Position numbers and translations under genes: made by a program. Shown piece by piece: positions 26,883 to 30,146 of a stretch of 30,146 bases of DNA. Under the pieces are notes generated by a model. It did no database searches and was not told the DNA's origin. It saw nothing but the letters and a program-made list of their open reading frames with translations. The stretch comes from Patescibacteria group bacterium UBA3527. Lineage in GTDB: Bacteria > Patescibacteriota > Minisyncoccia > Phycocordibacterales > UBA918. Location: contig DFPA01000058.1 of the NCBI GenBank assembly GCA_002377025.1, positions 1-30,146 on the forward strand, in the 5' to 3' direction. How positions within the stretch are numbered: the first letter of the stretch is position 1; each line of letters starts with the position of its first letter.

Positions 26883-27827
26883 ATGCTATTGCCTGAGTGG
26901 TCAGTTGTCGGACTAGTTGCAGTTTCGATAGGAGTTGCAGGTACTTTCTTTGACAAGTATCTTCTTGAGAAATACTTTAACTCGGAGGATGAAGCAGATG
27001 ACGGTGGCCCCGGTGCACTGATGATTTTTTCCTCATACTTTGCATCTATAGTGGCGCTAGCGATTTTTCTTTTCTACCACAGCCGTATAGAGTTTGCTCT
27101 TGGTACTGGCATGGCAGGCTTGTTTGCTGGCGCTTTATTTGCAATATGGGTGTTTCTGTACTTGGAGGCCATTAACAGAGTCGAGTTGTCACGAGTGGTG
27201 CCCTTACTACAGACTATTCCTGCCTTTAGTCTGTTAATAGCCTTCGTAACACTGGGAGAGATTCTCACGCTCGAACAGGTATTAGCTATGCTAGGCCTTA
27301 TACTGGGTGCGATAGTACTTTTGTACACTAAAGAGGAGAATTGTTTTAGGCTGGATGGTACCACTCTCTGCATTATGCTTGGAGTATCATTGCTCACTGC
27401 TCTTAGCGACACCATTTTCAAAGCGGTTGCGCTTACCTCTAACTATGCTAGTGCAGCATTTTGGTCCTGGTGTGGATTTGTCTTGTTTGGAATCTCACTT
27501 TACTTGTTCAGCTCTCATTATCGGTCCCAGTTTGAGCTACTTACCAGAGAAAGATTTGGTGAGAAGTTCACCCTAAACTCCCTGAACGAAATTTTTGACA
27601 ATCTGCATGAACTACTTTTCTTTCTAGCGATTACGCTTGGACCTATTGCACTAGTCCATTCTATTAATGCCTATGAACCTATACTGGTACTGGTTGTAGG
27701 ATTTCTTATGGCTGCTCTCGCACCAAGGTACTTCAAAGAAGACAACTCGGGGAGTGTTGTTATATACAAAATATTCGGTGTATTAGTTATTACCGTTGCC
27801 AGTGTCTATCTTTATAGCGTAACTTAA
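26883..27827 (+). CDS. EamA/DMT-family transporter
   Basis: About 10 hydrophobic segments in two repeats, with ELSRVVPLLQTIPAF...LGE and GPIALVHSINAYEP motifs. Confidence 0.8.
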   Translation: MLLPEWSVVGLVAVSIGVAGTFFDKYLLEKYFNSEDEADDGGPGALMIFSSYFASIVALAIFLFYHSRIEFALGTGMAGLFAGALFAIWVFLYLEAINRVELSRVVPLLQTIPAFSLLIAFVTLGEILTLEQVLAMLGLILGAIVLLYTKEENCFRLDGTTLCIMLGVSLLTALSDTIFKAVALTSNYASAAFWSWCGFVLFGISLYLFSSHYRSQFELLTRERFGEKFTLNSLNEIFDNLHELLFFLAITLGPIALVHSINAYEPILVLVVGFLMAALAPRYFKEDNSGSVVIYKIFGVLVITVASVYLYSVT

Positions 27828-27829
27828 GT

Positions 27830-28909
27830 CTAGAAATACGATTCTAATTTGCCGCGACGGCGCACATCTGTGGTGGCGCAATGAATTGATCCTCCGAACG
27901 GATAGAAGTTTCTAAATGGTACAGGGATAGGTTCGATGCCGTGTTTATACAACAATTCCATCAGTGGTGTTTCGTTCTCTTCTACAATGGCTCTCTTACT
28001 GTCTATGCTTAGGAAATTTATCGTCAACCAGTCGCTCGAGAAGTACAGCGCTGAGTCAAAAGGTTTCGTAGGTGCGGGAGCTTCGATAATTTCCCATGAG
28101 TCAAACATGTCAGGTAGATGATCCTTTCGAACCCATGATGGATTTATGAGAAGTTTCCCGGGTGCAATAGGAACTATAGAGGTGTCTATATGTAGAGGAT
28201 GCTCTTCATCGAAGGAAAGTTCATGAATAGTATACTCGCTACCTATATGCCTACGTACCCACTCGATTCCCATCTCGTTCGTCACCTCACTTTTCTGAAC
28301 AAAAATATCTGTGCCAAATCGGACAAAATCAGCGGCATCAAATGCAACCTCTTTCTCTGAAATAGCAAACTGCCTTATACCATCAGGCTCAGCATTTTCT
28401 GGATCAAAATCTTGATTATAGAATGCATCATTCATTGTAGACTTTGGGGCAGGAAGCCACCTCGCACCATCCTTGAAGTATTCTTCAATAAGATCTCTAA
28501 AAGCAAAAATTTCAAAGTAGCGGGTTCTCCATGCCATCGGCGCCTCCACAATAATGTCACCAACAATAAGTAGAACGTCGCGTGGCATAGCAGCATACAG
28601 ACCAGTACTACTCCACCAAGGAGTTTTGTAGGTGTCGGAAAAGTCTAGAGGAGCAGGTCTTTTTACCGTTATATCTAATTTCTCTAGAACAGTGACAAGA
28701 TTGTTAAGCTCTTCCTCTGCTGCATCTGTCATTTCTCTTGGAAAAGGCTTGCCGCCATACTCATCAAAGAACCACTTCGAGTGGGAAGGAGTGGCTGAAC
28801 CCAATGCTACATTCCACTCCGGCACCACTGCATTCTTTACGGTTCCTACAATAACTTCCTCCAAAGGGTCCCATTCGTTACATGACCACACTTTCTTACT
28901 TACATCCAT
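27830..28909 (-). CDS. L-arginine-dependent amidinotransferase (AGAT/StrB1 family)
   Basis: VWSCNEWDPLEEVIVG, MPRD, and catalytic triad motifs FDAAD, LHIDT and GGSIHCATTDVRRRG. Confidence 0.95.
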   Translation of the reverse strand: MDVSKKVWSCNEWDPLEEVIVGTVKNAVVPEWNVALGSATPSHSKWFFDEYGGKPFPREMTDAAEEELNNLVTVLEKLDITVKRPAPLDFSDTYKTPWWSSTGLYAAMPRDVLLIVGDIIVEAPMAWRTRYFEIFAFRDLIEEYFKDGARWLPAPKSTMNDAFYNQDFDPENAEPDGIRQFAISEKEVAFDAADFVRFGTDIFVQKSEVTNEMGIEWVRRHIGSEYTIHELSFDEEHPLHIDTSIVPIAPGKLLINPSWVRKDHLPDMFDSWEIIEAPAPTKPFDSALYFSSDWLTINFLSIDSKRAIVEENETPLMELLYKHGIEPIPVPFRNFYPFGGSIHCATTDVRRRGKLESYF

Positions 28910-28999
28910 AACTTTTGCTAGTTAATAAATACTATCCCCACTATATCAGAAGTAACTATCAGGACGTACGGTACTATGTGTTTATAAGAGGAACTTTGT

Positions 29000-29152
29000 A
29001 TGAACAACAAGATTACAAGACTGCTGTTTAGATCACTTTTGATATTAGTTTTGATTAGTGTCGCGGCTACTTTTTATCGCTACGTTGTAGAGCGTGATTT
29101 TGAAGCCATTGACGACACAGAGGATTATGAGGAAGAAGTATTAGACGAGTAG
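29000..29152 (+). CDS. 50-aa single-TM small protein with an acidic tail (absent from the ORF track)
   Basis: My translation: MNNKITRLLFRSLLILVLISVAATFYRYVVERDFEAIDDTEDYEEEVLDE*. It ends 4 nt before the kinase ATG. Confidence 0.6.
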   Translation: MNNKITRLLFRSLLILVLISVAATFYRYVVERDFEAIDDTEDYEEEVLDE

Positions 29153-29156
29153 CATT

Positions 29157-30146
29157 ATGGATCCGATTATTTATTGCGCCTTTGACCCTGCAAAATATCT
29201 ATTTATCTCCCCGGAGGTTTCACCATTGATTTACTATTCACACTTGATTGCAGGATTTGCAGCACTTTCAATTAGCCTTTTAGTGTATTTACATAACCCG
29301 AAGCTACTTGTATCGAAGCTTTTCTTGGCCTTTGCTGTGGTCTTTGGTACATGGACATTCTTGGATGTTATTTTGTGGGCAACGAATGATCCCGGCATAG
29401 TCATGTTTGCTTGGTCTGTGCAAGTATTAGCTGAGCCAGCGCTTTTCGCTATTGCTTTCTATTTATTCTACGTCTTTATTTACAAAGCTATTCCTCCGTT
29501 ATGGCTCAATATTGTAATCTTCGCTGCTTTGCTACCACTAGTGGCACTGCTACCTACGAGTTTGAATCTTGAGGCTGTTTCTCTAGCTGAGTGTGAGAGC
29601 AAAGAAGGTCTGCTGGCTTTGTACTACACTTATATCCTTAATGGCCTTTTCACCGCTCTTACAGTTTGGTTTGGATTTAAGCAAATCGGAAGTCTAGAAG
29701 CTAATCACAAGAGATCAGCCAAGTTTATTGCTGTAGGGTTGGTCACTTTTCTTCTATCTTTTACTGTGGCTAACATGATCAGTAGCATCACCGATAATTG
29801 GAACATTAGCCAATATGGTCTGTTTGGAATGCCTGTCTTTGCTGGACTTGTTGCGTACAGCATAGTTCAATTTAGAACTTTTACTATCCACATCGCGGGG
29901 GCACAAGTTCTGGTGGTTGCATTGTTCGGTCTTGTAGCTGCCTCATTTTTTGTAAAAGAGGCACAGAGAGAAATGATTGCTTTTGGAACACTCTTCCTTA
30001 CTGCCATAGTTGGGTACTTCTTGGTTAAAGGAGTAAAAAAGGAATTTGAACAGAAACTGGAGTTAGAGAGGTTAGCTGCGCAATTGGATAAAGCCAACAA
30101 ACGCCTGAAAGTTTTGGACAAGATGAAGTCTGAGTTCGTTTCCATT
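29157..30146 (+). CDS. Multi-TM sensor histidine kinase (HisKA_7TM-like input), partial, running off the window end
   Basis: My translation gives 330 open codons with many TM segments, then the coiled coil LERLAAQLDKANKRLKVLDKMKSEFVSI leading into the H-box. The phosphoacceptor His lies beyond the window. Confidence 0.85.
   Translation, partial: MDPIIYCAFDPAKYLFISPEVSPLIYYSHLIAGFAALSISLLVYLHNPKLLVSKLFLAFAVVFGTWTFLDVILWATNDPGIVMFAWSVQVLAEPALFAIAFYLFYVFIYKAIPPLWLNIVIFAALLPLVALLPTSLNLEAVSLAECESKEGLLALYYTYILNGLFTALTVWFGFKQIGSLEANHKRSAKFIAVGLVTFLLSFTVANMISSITDNWNISQYGLFGMPVFAGLVAYSIVQFRTFTIHIAGAQVLVVALFGLVAASFFVKEAQREMIAFGTLFLTAIVGYFLVKGVKKEFEQKLELERLAAQLDKANKRLKVLDKMKSEFVSI

Noticed and set aside
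25117-28909. Compositional (GC) shift marking the polyamine cluster as an island
   Set aside because: No clear shift is visible by eye and I cannot compute it reliably. A sliding-window GC and codon-usage analysis would be needed.
1-30146. Alternative genetic code (UGA=Gly), and tRNA or rRNA genes
   Set aside because: TGA terminates intact genes such as mnmA at 7148, and conserved proteins are uninterrupted. The intergenic gaps are too short or lack cloverleaf features.

Overview
This 30.1-kb window looks like the chromosome of a Patescibacteria/CPR (Parcubacteria-like) bacterium. That assignment is inferred from compact housekeeping genes, no obvious Shine-Dalgarno sites, and CPR-typical hypothetical genes. 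TGA is used as a stop, so the genetic code is 11. Most of the window is a + strand backbone: leuS, a sigma70-region-4/winged-HTH protein, a membrane hypothetical, mltG, mnmA, an ATP-cone/nuclease, a PD-(D/E)XK-MGMT-coiled-coil-HD-PepF operon, a C-terminally shortened alaS, an FtsA-like plus baseplate-J-like pair, infA-rpmJ-rpsM-rpsK-rpsD-rpoA-rplQ-rplM-rpsI, and grpE-dnaK-dnaJ. The most unusual part is 25.1-28.9 kb. It holds a SpeD-type pyruvoyl decarboxylase, an uncharacterised protein carrying split AdoMetDC-like motifs, a proteobacterial-type SpeE, an EamA transporter and a convergent arginine-dependent amidinotransferase. Together these suggest a guanidino-polyamine synthesis/export module in a lineage that usually lacks biosynthesis. 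Three real ORFs are missing from the supplied track: rpmJ, a 50-aa membrane protein and a partial membrane-bound histidine kinase. I saw no rRNA, tRNA, CRISPR array or IS element. All family calls come from motif recognition by eye; no database searches were run.
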